Positions 10,645-22,300 of a stretch of DNA of 64,000 nt are shown one piece after another. The translations under genes and the position numbers were made by a program. This stretch comes from Candidatus Marinacidobacterales bacterium (GTDB lineage: Bacteria > Acidobacteriota > Vicinamibacteria > Marinacidobacterales > SMYC01). The notes beneath the pieces were generated by a model that worked only from the letters and a program-made list of their open reading frames with translations, was not told the origin of the DNA and ran no database searches. The stretch is from assembly GCA_965237955.1 (NCBI GenBank), contig OZ250169.1:32001-96000 (forward strand), given 5' to 3'. Positions within the stretch are counted from its first letter, which is position 1. Each line of letters begins with the position of its first letter.

Positions 10645-13600
10645 ATGAAGGCGCGTCGGCAATATTGGGCAGGGTTTCTGGCTCTCGCGATCTATTTCAC
10701 GCTTGCTTCCGTCTCCCCGCTTGTCGCCCAGGGAAGCTCGAGCAACTATGAGGAGAACGAGGCGAACGTGACGGTCTCGCCCTCGCTTCTCGAGGGCATG
10801 AAGTTTCGCTCGATCAACTTCTCGCGAGGGGGGCGCGCCACCGCGGCGACGGGCGTTCGCGGCCAGCCGCTAATCTACTACCTGGGCGCTGCCGGCGGCG
10901 GTGTGTGGAAGACAACCGATGGCGGGGATCATTGGCAGAACGTCTCCGATGGCTTCTTCGGCGTGGGCTCGGTGGGAGCCATCGCGGTGGCGGAATCCGA
11001 CCCCAATGTCGTGTACGTCGGCACCGGATCGGCTTGTCCGCGCGGGAACGTCTCGGTGGGCGACGGTATCTATAGGTCGTCGAACGGCGGGAAGACCTGG
11101 AAGCACGTGGGATTGCGGCAGGCGGGACAGATTGGAAAGATTCGCATCCATCCCCGGAACCCCGACCTGGTCTACGTTGCGGTGCTGGGACACATTTTCG
11201 GGCCGAACGAAGAGCGAGGAGTGTTTCGTTCCCAAGACGGCGGGGAGACCTGGGAGAAGGTGCTTTTCCTCAGCGACCGCACGGGCTTCGTCGATCTTTC
11301 CATGGACGTGACCAATCCACGCATCCTTTATGCCGGGGCCTGGCGGGCGGAGCGCAAGCCTTGGAAGATAATCTCGGGAAGCGAGGACGGGGGCATTTTC
11401 AAGACCACGGACGGCGGAGACAACTGGAAACGGCTCGAAGGCGGTCTCCCCACCGGCCTGATAGGCAAGACATCCGTGGCGGTATCGCCCGCCAACCCGA
11501 ATCGTGTATGGGTTTTGATCGAGGCGAAAGGAGACAAGGGCGGCGTTTACCGGACGGATGATGGGGGCGATAGCTGGCGCCGCGTCAACGCCAGTTGGAA
11601 TCTGCGCCAGCGCCCCTGGTACTACATTCATATCTTCGCCGACCCAAAGGACGAGAACACGGTCTATGCGCTGAACTCCAGCTTCTTCAAATCGATCGAC
11701 GGGGGGAAAAACTTCGACATCCAGATCAACCCTCCGCACGGGGACAATCATGACCTATGGATCAATCCCGATGACCCGAAGATTATGATCAACTCCAACG
11801 ATGGGGGCTCGAACGTCTCTTTCAACGGAGGGGAATCCTGGTCCTGGCTGATGAACCAGCCGACGGCGGAGATCTACCGGCTGTCCGTGGATAATCAATG
11901 GCCTTACCGTGTGTACGGCGCTCAGCAGGACAACACAACCATCTCCGTGCCCAGCCACGGACTCGCTGCTTGGAGCCGGCTGTCTACGGATTGGTATCAG
12001 GTCGGCGGGTGTGAAAGCGGTCACATCGCCGTCGATCCCCAGGACCCCAACATTATTTATGCCGGGTGCTACTGGGGCAGGATCACGCGCATCGACCGGG
12101 CGGCCGGGAAGTACCGCGAGATTCTTACCTACCCGCAGTATCCGCGCGGCGAGGCGGCGCGAGACCTCAAGTACCGCTTCCAGTGGAACGCGCCGATACG
12201 TCTCTCACCCCACGACCCTGACGTTGTTTACCATGCTTCTCAAGTGATCCACCGTTCCAAGGACGGCGGTCAGAGGTGGGAAGTGATTAGCCCCGATCTG
12301 ACGACCAACAACCCCGAGCACCAGGACTATGGGGGAGGTCCGGTCACTCACGAAAGCACGGGGGTAGAGATCTACAACACGGTCTTCGCTTTCGAGGAAT
12401 CACCGCACCAGGCGGGTCTTCTGTGGGCAGGAAGCGACGACGGAAAGGTCCACCTATCCCGCGACAACGGCGCCAACTGGAAGGAGGTGACGCCGAAAGA
12501 CATGCCGCAGGGCGGGACGGTCAACGTGATCGATCTGTCGGCGCACGGCGCCGGCCGTGCGCACATTGCTGTTTACCGCTATCGCGAAAACGATTTCCGG
12601 CCCTACATCTTCCAGACCAACAACTTCGGAGAGAGCTGGAAGCTCTTGACGGACGGCACGAACGGGATCCCGGCCACGCACTTCACGAGAGCGATCCGTG
12701 AGGATCCAGACCGCCGGGGGCTCCTCTACGCGGGGACGGAGTTCAGTTTGTATATCTCCTTCGACGACGGAGCGCACTGGCAGCGCTTCCAGAACAACCT
12801 GCCGGTGACACCGGTGACGGACCTTCGGGTTCATCGCAAGGATCTGGTCGTCTCTACACAGGGCCGAGCGTTTTGGATCCTGGACGATGTGGCGCCGCTC
12901 CACCAGATCACGGACGAAGTGCAGAAGGCGGATATGTATCTGTTCGAGCCGCGGGTGGCCTATCGAGGCGGCTATCAGGGCGGTGCACGGATCAACTACT
13001 ACGTCGGGAAGATGCCGGAAGGAGAGGTGACGCTTCAGATCCTGGACGAGAGCGGCGAGGTCCTGCGCACGTTCAAGGGTACGCCGGGCGAAGAAGCAGA
13101 CTCTGTGGCCTCTGTCCGCGAGGCTCGAGAGCCCAAGCTTCCGGTCGCGGAGGGTTTCAACACGTTGATGTGGAACCTGCGCGGCGAGGCGTTGGAGACG
13201 GATATCCACTTGCACCTGCTGGAGGATGAGAAGGGCGCGGAGCACGTTGACGGCACACCCGGACTGGCGGTGGTTCCCGGCAGGTACCAGGTTCGTCTCT
13301 CGGTCGGCGAGTGGATCCAGACGCAGCCCCTGCAAATCGAGATCCTTCCCAACCTGAGCACGACGGTGGAGGCGCTCCAGGAGCAGTACGACTTGGGAGC
13401 TGAAATCGCCGGGAAGCTGAAGGAAGTCTACGACGGCCTTACCACCGTGCGGGACATCAAGGCGCAGACGACGGGGATCCTCAATCGCATCGAGAAGGCC
13501 GGCGTCGAGGCGGGAGAGATATCGGAAGCGGCCAAGGCGATGACCGAGAAGCTGAGCGAGATCGAGAAAAAGATGACTAAAGGTCTTCCACTCGGCTTCA

Positions 13601-13902
13601 CAGATAGTGGAGGCACTATCCCACCCACGCTGGACGACCAGTTGGTGTGGCTATACGCCTACGTCGCGGGTGGCGTTGATGAGCCGACGGCGGGTGCGCG
13701 CGAGCGCTTCAACGATCTGAAGCCCAAGGTGGCGGAGCTGATGGGGAAGCTCCAGGAGGTGATCTCGACCGATCTCGCCGCCTTCAACGAGAAGGTGCGC
13801 GCGCAGAACGTGCCGCCGGTGGTCGTTGCCCCCGGCGGCCGTCTGACCACCACGGAGCAAAGCAATGGCTCGTCCACGTTCACCAAGCGCGATGAGAAGT
13901 GA
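10645..13902 (+). CDS. VPS10/sortilin-like BNR-repeat glycosyl-hydrolase-like protein, copy A
   Basis: Many S/T-x-D-G-G-x-T/S-W Asp-boxes, GGRATA start motif, [14 protein letters not shown]-terminal coiled coil; signal peptide. Confidence 0.9.
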   Translation: MKARRQYWAGFLALAIYFTLASVSPLVAQGSSSNYEENEANVTVSPSLLEGMKFRSINFSRGGRATAATGVRGQPLIYYLGAAGGGVWKTTDGGDHWQNVSDGFFGVGSVGAIAVAESDPNVVYVGTGSACPRGNVSVGDGIYRSSNGGKTWKHVGLRQAGQIGKIRIHPRNPDLVYVAVLGHIFGPNEERGVFRSQDGGETWEKVLFLSDRTGFVDLSMDVTNPRILYAGAWRAERKPWKIISGSEDGGIFKTTDGGDNWKRLEGGLPTGLIGKTSVAVSPANPNRVWVLIEAKGDKGGVYRTDDGGDSWRRVNASWNLRQRPWYYIHIFADPKDENTVYALNSSFFKSIDGGKNFDIQINPPHGDNHDLWINPDDPKIMINSNDGGSNVSFNGGESWSWLMNQPTAEIYRLSVDNQWPYRVYGAQQDNTTISVPSHGLAAWSRLSTDWYQVGGCESGHIAVDPQDPNIIYAGCYWGRITRIDRAAGKYREILTYPQYPRGEAARDLKYRFQWNAPIRLSPHDPDVVYHASQVIHRSKDGGQRWEVISPDLTTNNPEHQDYGGGPVTHESTGVEIYNTVFAFEESPHQAGLLWAGSDDGKVHLSRDNGANWKEVTPKDMPQGGTVNVIDLSAHGAGRAHIAVYRYRENDFRPYIFQTNNFGESWKLLTDGTNGIPATHFTRAIREDPDRRGLLYAGTEFSLYISFDDGAHWQRFQNNLPVTPVTDLRVHRKDLVVSTQGRAFWILDDVAPLHQITDEVQKADMYLFEPRVAYRGGYQGGARINYYVGKMPEGEVTLQILDESGEVLRTFKGTPGEEADSVASVREAREPKLPVAEGFNTLMWNLRGEALETDIHLHLLEDEKGAEHVDGTPGLAVVPGRYQVRLSVGEWIQTQPLQIEILPNLSTTVEALQEQYDLGAEIAGKLKEVYDGLTTVRDIKAQTTGILNRIEKAGVEAGEISEAAKAMTEKLSEIEKKMTKGLPLGFTDSGGTIPPTLDDQLVWLYAYVAGGVDEPTAGARERFNDLKPKVAELMGKLQEVISTDLAAFNEKVRAQNVPPVVVAPGGRLTTTEQSNGSSTFTKRDEK

Positions 13903-14128
13903 AAACTTGGGCTGAGTAGGATGACCGGACGGAGAGGGGGCCGTCCTTCGGGTTTCGCTGTCCCTTCTTTACCTGCCGCTCTTCGAGCTTCAGCCGACGG
14001 TGGAAGGCCTCGGGCTTGAGCTCGGTATTCTGCTCTCGTTTCTCCTCGCCTGGTTTGTGGCGGGAAACGTCGGGCGAGGGTCGAAGTCCACGACCGTGAC
14101 CGCGACCGCGGGAGCGTGAGCGAGCTGA

Positions 14129-16207
14129 CTAGCTCGAATCCGTGGCCACGCTCTCCGTCCGGTACTTATCGAACCACGCCACGATGTTCGCCACCTTGGC
14201 GATGAGGTGGCTGGGTCGGTCGGCGATCCAGTGCGAGGCGCCGGGAACGCGAACCAAAGCGGTATCGATCTTGCGAAGCTTGAGTGCCTGGTAGTACTGC
14301 TCCGAGTCCGACATCGGGGTCCGATAGTCCTGCTCCCCGGTGAGCACCATCGTGGGCGTCGTCACGTTCCCCACCAGCGATAGCGGAGATCGCCTCATGT
14401 AGTGATCTTCATGCTCCCAGGGAGGGCCCCCCGGAAACCAATACTTGTAACCGGACGCGATGTCGGTCGTAAGAACCCAGCTGTACCAGTTGATCACCGG
14501 CTTGGCGGAGACCGCCGCACGGAATCGGTCAGTCCGACCCACCACCCAGCTCGTCAGCACACCGCCGCCGCTTCCGCCGGTCACGAAGAGATTGCGGTCG
14601 TCGATATAGCCGCGTGCGATCACCGCGTCGACGCCCGACATGAGATCGTCGTAATCCTCGCCGGGATAGTTGTGGTGGATGAGGTTGCCGAACTCCTGCC
14701 CGTAGCTATTGCTGCCTCTCGGGTTGGTGTAGAGAACGACGTAACCGGTCGCAGCATAGAGCTGGATCTCCGCCGAGAAACGGGGGCCGTAGTTCGACAC
14801 CGGCCCTCCATGGATCTCGAGAAGCAGAGGATACTTCTTGGACGGGTCGAACCCGGGAGGTTTTGCGATCCATCCGTGAACCCTGCGCCCGTCGTGCGAG
14901 GATTCGTACCAGATCTCTTCCACCGGGGCGAGCTCCTTGTGGCCCAGTAGATCCTCGTTGAGTGCGGTCAGCGACTTTGCTGCGGTGCCGCGACGCCCGA
15001 TGGCGACATCCGATGGCGCGTCCGGGCGGGATCGGGTGAAGGCATACCAGCCGTTCGGAGCCACCGAGTATTCCCCGCCGCTGTACGGGCGCCCGATGGA
15101 CGTGCCTCCTACGCTTCCGGCCAGATCCTGAACCTCTCCATCCAGCGTCATATGAGCGAGCTTCGTCTGGCCCTCGTCGTCGTACTGGAAGAAGATGCCT
15201 CGTCCATCCTCGCTCCAGACCGGGGCTTGAACGTCACGGTCGAACGCCGAGCTCACCAATCGCGGGTTGCTTCCGTCGCGATTCATGACGTAGAGGCGCG
15301 TGATCTGGTAGAACTGGTAGGTATCGTCGAACCCGAGATAGGCAATCCACCGTCCGTCCGGAGAGAGCGCCGGAGATTTGTCGGGACCTTTCCGGTCGGT
15401 CAGCGCAGCGACCGTGCCGTCTTCGACGGACACGTCGTAAATTTCGGAGTTCCGGTGATCGTATTCCCAGTCCTCGATTCGATTGGCGGAAAAGATGATG
15501 GACTTCCCATCCGGTGTGAAGACCAAATTCCCCCCGTGGTGGTAGGGACCGCTGGTCAACTGTCTCGGCGTGCCGCCCTCGGAAGAAAGTACGAAGAGAT
15601 GCCGGTAGCCTTGTTTCAGGTACCCTTGCCCGTCGGCTCGATAGATCAGTCGGTCGATGACCTTGACCGGAGGCGCCCACTCGGCCCCCTCGGGTTTCGA
15701 GGGCATGGGCGCGAGGCGCTCTCGCTTTTCGGGAACCAGCATCGAAAAGGCAATCAGCTTCCCATCGGGCGACCAAGCGGGACCCTCCGGGTTCTCGCCG
15801 AGTTGCGTCAGCTGGGCGGTCTGTCCTGTATCCATCCAGCGAACGTAGAGCTGCTCCGATCCTTCGCGGTTCGAGACATAGAGGAGTCGCTCTCCATCGG
15901 GCGACCAGCGCGGCGAGTGGTCGTTGTAATTGCCCGAGGTGAGCGGGCGGTGCTTCGCGCCGTCGGCGTGAACGATCCAGAGGTTGGAACGGAGCACGTC
16001 GCTCATGATGTCCATGAAATTGCGTACGTAGACGACACGGCCTCCGTCCGGTGAGATCCGGGGACTCGACGCATACTCGAGACCGAAAACGTCCATGGGC
16101 TCGAACCGTTTCGAGGTTCCCTCGTTCGATACCGCAGCCTGGGACAGGCACGGCGCTCCGGCGAGTGTCAAGACAAAGACGAGCAATTTGTGATGTTTTT
16201 TGTTCAT
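14129..16207 (-). CDS. S9-family (prolyl oligopeptidase/acylaminoacyl) peptidase
   Basis: PD40-like propeller repeats, IHGGP, TGGSGGG nucleophile, GEQDYRT, GASH; signal peptide. Confidence 0.93.
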   Translation of the reverse strand: MNKKHHKLLVFVLTLAGAPCLSQAAVSNEGTSKRFEPMDVFGLEYASSPRISPDGGRVVYVRNFMDIMSDVLRSNLWIVHADGAKHRPLTSGNYNDHSPRWSPDGERLLYVSNREGSEQLYVRWMDTGQTAQLTQLGENPEGPAWSPDGKLIAFSMLVPEKRERLAPMPSKPEGAEWAPPVKVIDRLIYRADGQGYLKQGYRHLFVLSSEGGTPRQLTSGPYHHGGNLVFTPDGKSIIFSANRIEDWEYDHRNSEIYDVSVEDGTVAALTDRKGPDKSPALSPDGRWIAYLGFDDTYQFYQITRLYVMNRDGSNPRLVSSAFDRDVQAPVWSEDGRGIFFQYDDEGQTKLAHMTLDGEVQDLAGSVGGTSIGRPYSGGEYSVAPNGWYAFTRSRPDAPSDVAIGRRGTAAKSLTALNEDLLGHKELAPVEEIWYESSHDGRRVHGWIAKPPGFDPSKKYPLLLEIHGGPVSNYGPRFSAEIQLYAATGYVVLYTNPRGSNSYGQEFGNLIHHNYPGEDYDDLMSGVDAVIARGYIDDRNLFVTGGSGGGVLTSWVVGRTDRFRAAVSAKPVINWYSWVLTTDIASGYKYWFPGGPPWEHEDHYMRRSPLSLVGNVTTPTMVLTGEQDYRTPMSDSEQYYQALKLRKIDTALVRVPGASHWIADRPSHLIAKVANIVAWFDKYRTESVATDSS

Positions 16208-16773
16208 CGCTAGTACCTTTGGGTTCGGAGCTACGAGGCGACGGTGCCGACGGTCGCAAGTCTAAAAGCGGGGCTGCTTCGTGTCAACAGGATGTCTCGG
16301 AGGTCGCAACAGGGCTCGTGCGGTGCCGAAGGGAAGGGAGTCGCGCGACCCGGTAGCCCGCCGATCTGCTCCCATCCGGTTCCTGCGTTTCTCCCCCGGC
16401 GTGCATATTGTTCCGCTTCTGTCTCTTTGTGCCTGTACCGCCTTCGAGATTCGAGAGGAGCAGATATCCGCTTAATCCAGTGATGATGGAGAACATTGGA
16501 CGACGTTTCAGAATGGTGTCAGATCCGGCAATTACACGATCCGACTCTTTGCGGCTCGAACAGAGGACCGCTCTACCAGAAGAATAAGAAAGGCCTCTTT
16601 CAGCCATTTTCAAATACATCGGGGAAAAGGCCGCTTAGTGTTCAAACACGGCCGCGTCCCAGCTCCAGGGCAAAGAAACTTCCGTTTTGTGGCAAGTTCG
16701 GTGTCCTGCTGTGGCGCCTTGGCCTGGGCTACTACGCGCGCGACGTCGATATCAAGGAGGTTTGAGCCTTTCC

Positions 16774-17550
16774 CTACCGGTCGGGCATCATTGGCCGAGC
16801 ACTGGCTTGTTCGCTAGAAAGCTCGAAATCGCCCTGATTACAATTCGTCGCTTTGTAATCCAGCTCAATGTCTTGGTCTTTATATCGGAAGTAGACCGTC
16901 TTGCCTTTGATGCTGACTTCGATGGGCCATGAGACATTGTTGGTTATGGTGATGGGCCGGTTGGGGTCTCGCCCCAGAAGGTACTTGGCCTCGAACCCGC
17001 CTCGGTCTCCGAAACGCAGTCGAGCCGCGCGATCCGTGACCTCCTGATCGATATTTATATAGTCGAAGCCAAGGAACTGTCTATCCGTATAGGACGTGTG
17101 AAGAACCGAGCCTCGTCCGCTTGGCTCCGGACCGATCAATCCTGACGCGTTGGCTTTGATCGGCCAGAGCCGGACCAAGCACACGGGTCGACCCGTTAGA
17201 GCGTACGTTATCTCCTCCATGGCGCGACGTTGCTCCGCCGTGCCCCGGGCATCGAGCAACGCTCGAAAGCCCCGGGCGCCTTCCACCCCGCCAACGTGCA
17301 TGTCGGTCAACTTCACGCCCCCAAACTCTCCTTCCTTGATCCAGTACGACCACATGGCGTAGCAGTAGTCGTGCGGGGAAGGAAGCTCGCCAAAGTTGCA
17401 GTTACAGGGGACGTCGCAGGTGCAGGCTTCTGTCAGCTGGCCCTTGATGTGCCAGGATGGAAGCTTCCTCTCTTGGCGGTTGGAGGAGGTCAGCGGCAAC
17501 AGCGCCAGTGGCAAGAGTGCGATGCCGATCCAAAACCGGAGATTGCCCAT
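16774..17550 (-). CDS. DUF1326-family Cys-rich putative metal-binding protein, exported
   Basis: WHIKGQLTEACTCDVPCNCNF...C motif typical of DUF1326. Confidence 0.75.
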   Translation of the reverse strand: MGNLRFWIGIALLPLALLPLTSSNRQERKLPSWHIKGQLTEACTCDVPCNCNFGELPSPHDYCYAMWSYWIKEGEFGGVKLTDMHVGGVEGARGFRALLDARGTAEQRRAMEEITYALTGRPVCLVRLWPIKANASGLIGPEPSGRGSVLHTSYTDRQFLGFDYINIDQEVTDRAARLRFGDRGGFEAKYLLGRDPNRPITITNNVSWPIEVSIKGKTVYFRYKDQDIELDYKATNCNQGDFELSSEQASARPMMPDR

Positions 17551-17587
17551 GATTCAACTCCTACTCTTCCGTTGGCTACTAAACATT

Positions 17588-18781
17588 CTATTCTGGTGCG
17601 AACGAGGGTTCGTATACTTTCTTTACGATGGCCCAGGACCCGTTCAGCGGGAAAGGTAAGCTCATCTCGCCGTCGCTGAGCGGCCGAAGCTTTTGGCGTA
17701 CCTCCGCTCTGAAATCGGAGAGGCTTGCTCTGACATATCCACCTATCGAGGCGCTGCCGTCGATCGAATGCTTCGCAGCCAGCGCCGCAAATTTCTCGCC
17801 GCGCTGGATCCTTTCGAAAAGGTCCTCGGCCTCATTCCTTCCACGTACAACTATGATCTCGTAAATGCTGTAGGCTTCCTCTAATGGGATGTTTTGACGC
17901 GACACGCCTGGCAACAACGCGCCTAGATACCTGACGGTCTCTAGGGTCAAGGGGTCCCCCAGCCCCACAGTTCCCTCCAGAATTGCCAGCGCTCGCTTGT
18001 GCAGGGCGAAAGCTTCGACTTGCTTCCCTTGCACGCGGTAAACGATGGCCAGGTTGTTCAGGGTCGTAGCCACCTCGGGATGCTCCTTGCCGAAGACGGC
18101 CTCCTCGACTGAGAGCGCCCGTGCGTAGAAGGTTTCCGCCTCGGTGAAGGAACCTCTTTTCGCCTTGAGCAGCGCCAGGTTGCTCAAACCGACTGCAGCC
18201 TGGGCAGACTCGGACCCGATGGCCTCCTCCCATATCGCTAACGCTCGTTTGAAGTGACGCTCGGCTTTCTCGTAACGGTCTTGCTTGAGAAAGAGAAAAG
18301 CCAGATTGTTCAACGTCTCGGGGTTTGGTCCAAAAGACGCTTCGCCAATGTCGAGCGCCCTTTCATAGAGCGCTTCCGCGCGGTCGTACCGCCCTTGCTG
18401 CACGTACAGCCCGGCGAGATTGTAGAGGACGCTTGCGACGTTCGGATGGTGCGATCCGAGCAGGGCTTCGTAGATTTCGAACGCCCTCTGGTACAGTGGC
18501 TCTGCGGCATTCAAGTCGCCTTCGGCGTAGGTGAGAGAGGCGAGGTTGTTCAGGTTGGCGGCAACGTCCAGGTCGTTCGGTCCCCTCGTTTTCTCAAGCC
18601 GTTCGAGAAGCTCCGCTGCCGTTTCTCTGGCTTCGGGAAAACGACCCTGACCGTACAGCTGACCAAACTTTACGGCCAGCTCGGCCAGCTCGTTGCTTTG
18701 CGACAATCCTTTCGTCGCCAAGAATGCGGCGGCCACTATGAACAATAGGGTTTTGCCACCGCAGTGCCAAAAACAGCCCAT
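17588..18781 (-). CDS. TPR-repeat (kinesin-light-chain-like) protein with C-terminal PpiC/parvulin-like domain
   Basis: Repeats of LNNLA..Y..QG.Y..AE.LY.RAL; C-terminal FAALAAKHSID..SASIGG. Start codon uncertain. Confidence 0.8.
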   Translation of the reverse strand: MGCFWHCGGKTLLFIVAAAFLATKGLSQSNELAELAVKFGQLYGQGRFPEARETAAELLERLEKTRGPNDLDVAANLNNLASLTYAEGDLNAAEPLYQRAFEIYEALLGSHHPNVASVLYNLAGLYVQQGRYDRAEALYERALDIGEASFGPNPETLNNLAFLFLKQDRYEKAERHFKRALAIWEEAIGSESAQAAVGLSNLALLKAKRGSFTEAETFYARALSVEEAVFGKEHPEVATTLNNLAIVYRVQGKQVEAFALHKRALAILEGTVGLGDPLTLETVRYLGALLPGVSRQNIPLEEAYSIYEIIVVRGRNEAEDLFERIQRGEKFAALAAKHSIDGSASIGGYVRASLSDFRAEVRQKLRPLSDGEMSLPFPLNGSWAIVKKVYEPSFAPE

Positions 18782-18924
18782 TTCGGGAGGAAGGTAGCAC
18801 AAAGGAGGCTGGGGAGACGAAGAGGGCAGGGCGAGGGGCGGTGCATCGTCGCGTCCGAATAGGTCAGCTTGCCTGTGCAAACTCCAAGTCTTATCATCGC
18901 TCGTACGACGATGGGCGACGGCAC

Positions 18925-19122
18925 ATGGCAGGTGGTTTCCGCGAACGGCGAACCCAGTCCGCCGGATCGGGAAGGACACCGACGACTCTTCTCATCCTCC
19001 TGCTCACGATACCGGTCATCGCCTCGGTGCTCCTGTCCTCATGCGGCCTCCTCTGGCCGGCCGCACCCAACGTCCTGCTCATCAGCATCGATACCCTGAG
19101 GGCGGACTACCTGAGCAGTTAA
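18925..19122 (+). pseudogene. Sulfatase N-terminal fragment
   Basis: Hydrophobic leader, then PNVLLISIDTLRADYL, then an immediate stop at a junction. Confidence 0.7.
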
Positions 19123-19344
19123 ATGAATAGGAACTTTGACCAAAGCACCGTGCGTGTTGGAGCGAGATTCTGGGCTCGCGAGTGATGTGGGTGGGGAACG
19201 TAGGGATTGGAAGGGGGAATCGGACACTGGAAGTTCTGCTACCCTCACCGGGACTCAACCGGGCCGACAGCCCTATCCTGGTGGGGAAAATTCGAGCGGG
19301 TCTGACGATCGAGATCGATTAACTTTTCACTGCCGAGAATATGC

Positions 19345-22300
19345 TCAAGACGTTGTTTTTTTCGGTGCCAGTGTCCGGATGCGCGGGATCCGATTCTTCT
19401 CGATGGCTCGGTTGAGCTCGGCGATCTCGCCACTGACGACGGCCTTCAGCCCATCGAGCCGCTCGTCCAACTCTCTCGACATCGACGCGATCTGCGCCTT
19501 CCGTTGGGCGTTCGGCGCTTCCGTGTAAGGGTCGAGGGCGCCATAGAGACGCATCAGTCGTTGGTATAAAGGTCCGGTTGCGCTACCAAAGGAATCTGGG
19601 GTGAGCGTCCGTCCCTCGTTGCGTGAGAGCAAGCGCTCGAGCTCCGACACGCTCGTTTTCGCCGCCGCGAACGCGGTCGCGACCGTCTCGGGCGCGTCGT
19701 CGAGTGTCGCTTCGAGCCCATTGAGCTCTTCGGTCAAGGCGGCGGCTTGCTCGTGCCCTTCGTGCATTTCCGAAATGAGCCGGCGAAGCTCGAGAAGAGC
19801 ATCGAGATGCGCTCGGCGATCGGCGTCGCTCGCGCGCACGTTTGGATCGTCGGTCACGATGACCGTGCGCTCGGCCGACTCGGAGCCGGCCTCGACCCGC
19901 ACCGTGTAGGTACCGGGAAGGACTCGCGGTCTGAGAAGATTGATCGCCTCGAGGTTTCCATTCTGCCCATTTGCTTCGAGACCAGGAGGTGGGTTGGAGC
20001 CCTCCGTGGGCTCGGCCGGGATCGCGTCGTCATATCTCAGATCCCAGTTGGTGCGGTTGAGCCCTACGTGGTTCGAGCCTTCGATTGTACGGACGACCTG
20101 GCCGGTGGCGTCGGTCACGGTGACTTTCACCGCCTCTGGTTCGCTCAAATAGTAGTGGACGAGCGCGCCCGGCGGCGGGTTCTCGGCGAGAAACACCTTG
20201 TGGCCGGGGTGGCCCTTGTAGTGGAAGCTGCGGTAGTTGATCGCGTCCCGTATGGGAAAGACATGAAGCTTCGCCGCAAGCACCGCGTCGCTCAGATTCT
20301 CGAGCGGCTTCATGTCGTCGAGGACCCAGATGGTGCGGCCGTGTGTTCCCAGAATGAGGTCGTTGTCGCGCGGATGGATCGCGATGTCGTCGACTGGCAC
20401 CCGGGGAAAGCTCCCGCGCATCTCGTGCCATACCTCGCCGCAGTCGAAAGAAACGTACACCCCCCGCTCGCCCCCGGCAAACAAAAGCGCGCCGTTGTCC
20501 GGGTGCTCGCGGATGACGTTCAGCGTGTGGCCTTCGGGGATACCGGCGGTGATGCGTCGCCACGTGTCGCCGTAGTCGTCGCTCGCGAACGCGTAAGTGG
20601 CGAAATCGTCGTTGCGGTGGCCATCGAGGGTAGCATAGACGCGCCCTTCCGCATGCTGGGATGAAACGACCCGGGTGACGTACGTGTCTTCGTGTATGCC
20701 GGGGTGTATGCCGGGGTGGCCGCCGGGCAAGTTGGCCGCGACGTTGTTCCAGCTTTCGCCACCGTCTCGTGAGACTTGAATGTTGCCATCATCTGTTCCC
20801 ACGTAGAGCAGGCCTTGAACGAGAGGAGACTCACTGATGGTTGTGATTTGCCCGTAAGTCGAGACGCCGTTGTTCCGCGACAGGGTGTCGTCGTTCAGCA
20901 TGACGCCCATGATCGGCATTTCGTCGCGATCGCGGTTCTTGGACAAGTCGACGGTACGAGTCCATTCGTCGCCGCGATTCGTCGACTTGAACAGCCGGTT
21001 GCCGCCGTAATAGATCGTCTTCGAATCGTGGGGCGAAATAACAATGGGACTGTTCCAGTTGAACCGGTAGCGGGCCTCACCTTCATCGGGCTCGGGCCGG
21101 ATCGTCTTGATCTCGAGCCGGCTCAGATCGAGGCGGCGCAAGACTCCGTTCTGCGACTCGAAGTAGATCGTCGTCGCGTCGTTGGGATCGATTTGCGTGT
21201 AGAAGCCGTCGTCGCCGCCGCCGTGGAACCAATCTTCGTTGGAGATGCCTTGCTGGTGGCGAGTTCTAACCGGTCCTCCCCAGTTAGCGTTGTCCTGAAG
21301 ACCGCCGTAGATATTGTAGGGGGTCTCCATGTCGTAACCGATCTCGTAGAACTGTCCTAACGCGAGGCTGTTCACGAAATCCCAGGTGAGACCGCGATCG
21401 TAGGAGTAGTGGATGCCCCCGTCCGAGCCCAACAGCACGTGGTTCGAATCGCGCGGGTTGATCCAAAGAGCATGGTGGTCACCGTGGATGCGGGTGACGC
21501 GATCGGTGACGAACGTTCTTCCGCCATCGTCAGAGTTGTACATGCTGCCACCGAGCACCCAGATGCGCTGATCGTTGAGGGGATCGACGCGAATCTGGCT
21601 GTAATACATCGGGCGCGGGTTGGTATCACTCATCTTCTTCCACGTTTCGCCCTTGTCTTCCGAACGAAAGATGCCACCCTCGGCGTTCTGGATAATCGCG
21701 TACACGATGCGCGGGTCTTTGCGATAGATATCGATGCCGATCCGGCCGGTGTCGCCTTCAGGGAGGCCGCCCGTGAGCTTCGTCCACGTCACCCCGCCGT
21801 CGGTCGTCTTGTACAGGCCGGCCTCGGGACCACCGCCGTTGAAGCCGAACGCGCGTCGGCGCCTCTGGTAGGCCGCGGCGTAGAGCGTGTCCGGGCTTTC
21901 GAGATCCATCGCGAGGTCGACGAAGCCGGTGTTCTCGCTGATGAACTTGGTATTTTTCCAGGTCTTGCCGCCGTCGGTCGTCTTGAAGACGCCCCGTTGT
22001 TCGCTCGGCCCCCAGAGATGCCCGACCGCTGCAACGTAGGCGATGTCGGGATTCGTAGGGTGGATGTGCACCCGTCCGATATGGTGGGTGTCCTCGAGTC
22101 CCATGTTCGTCCACGTTGCGCCACCGTCCATCGACTTGTAGACGCCGTCGCCCCATGAGGAGCTGTTCTGGTTCGCCGGCTCTCCGGTGCCGGCCCATAC
22201 GATCGAAGGGTCGGACGGCGCGACCGCGATATCGCCGACGCTCGATACCGGTTGGTCGTCGAAAAGCGGCTCCCAAGTGATACCGTTGTTTGTCGTTTTC

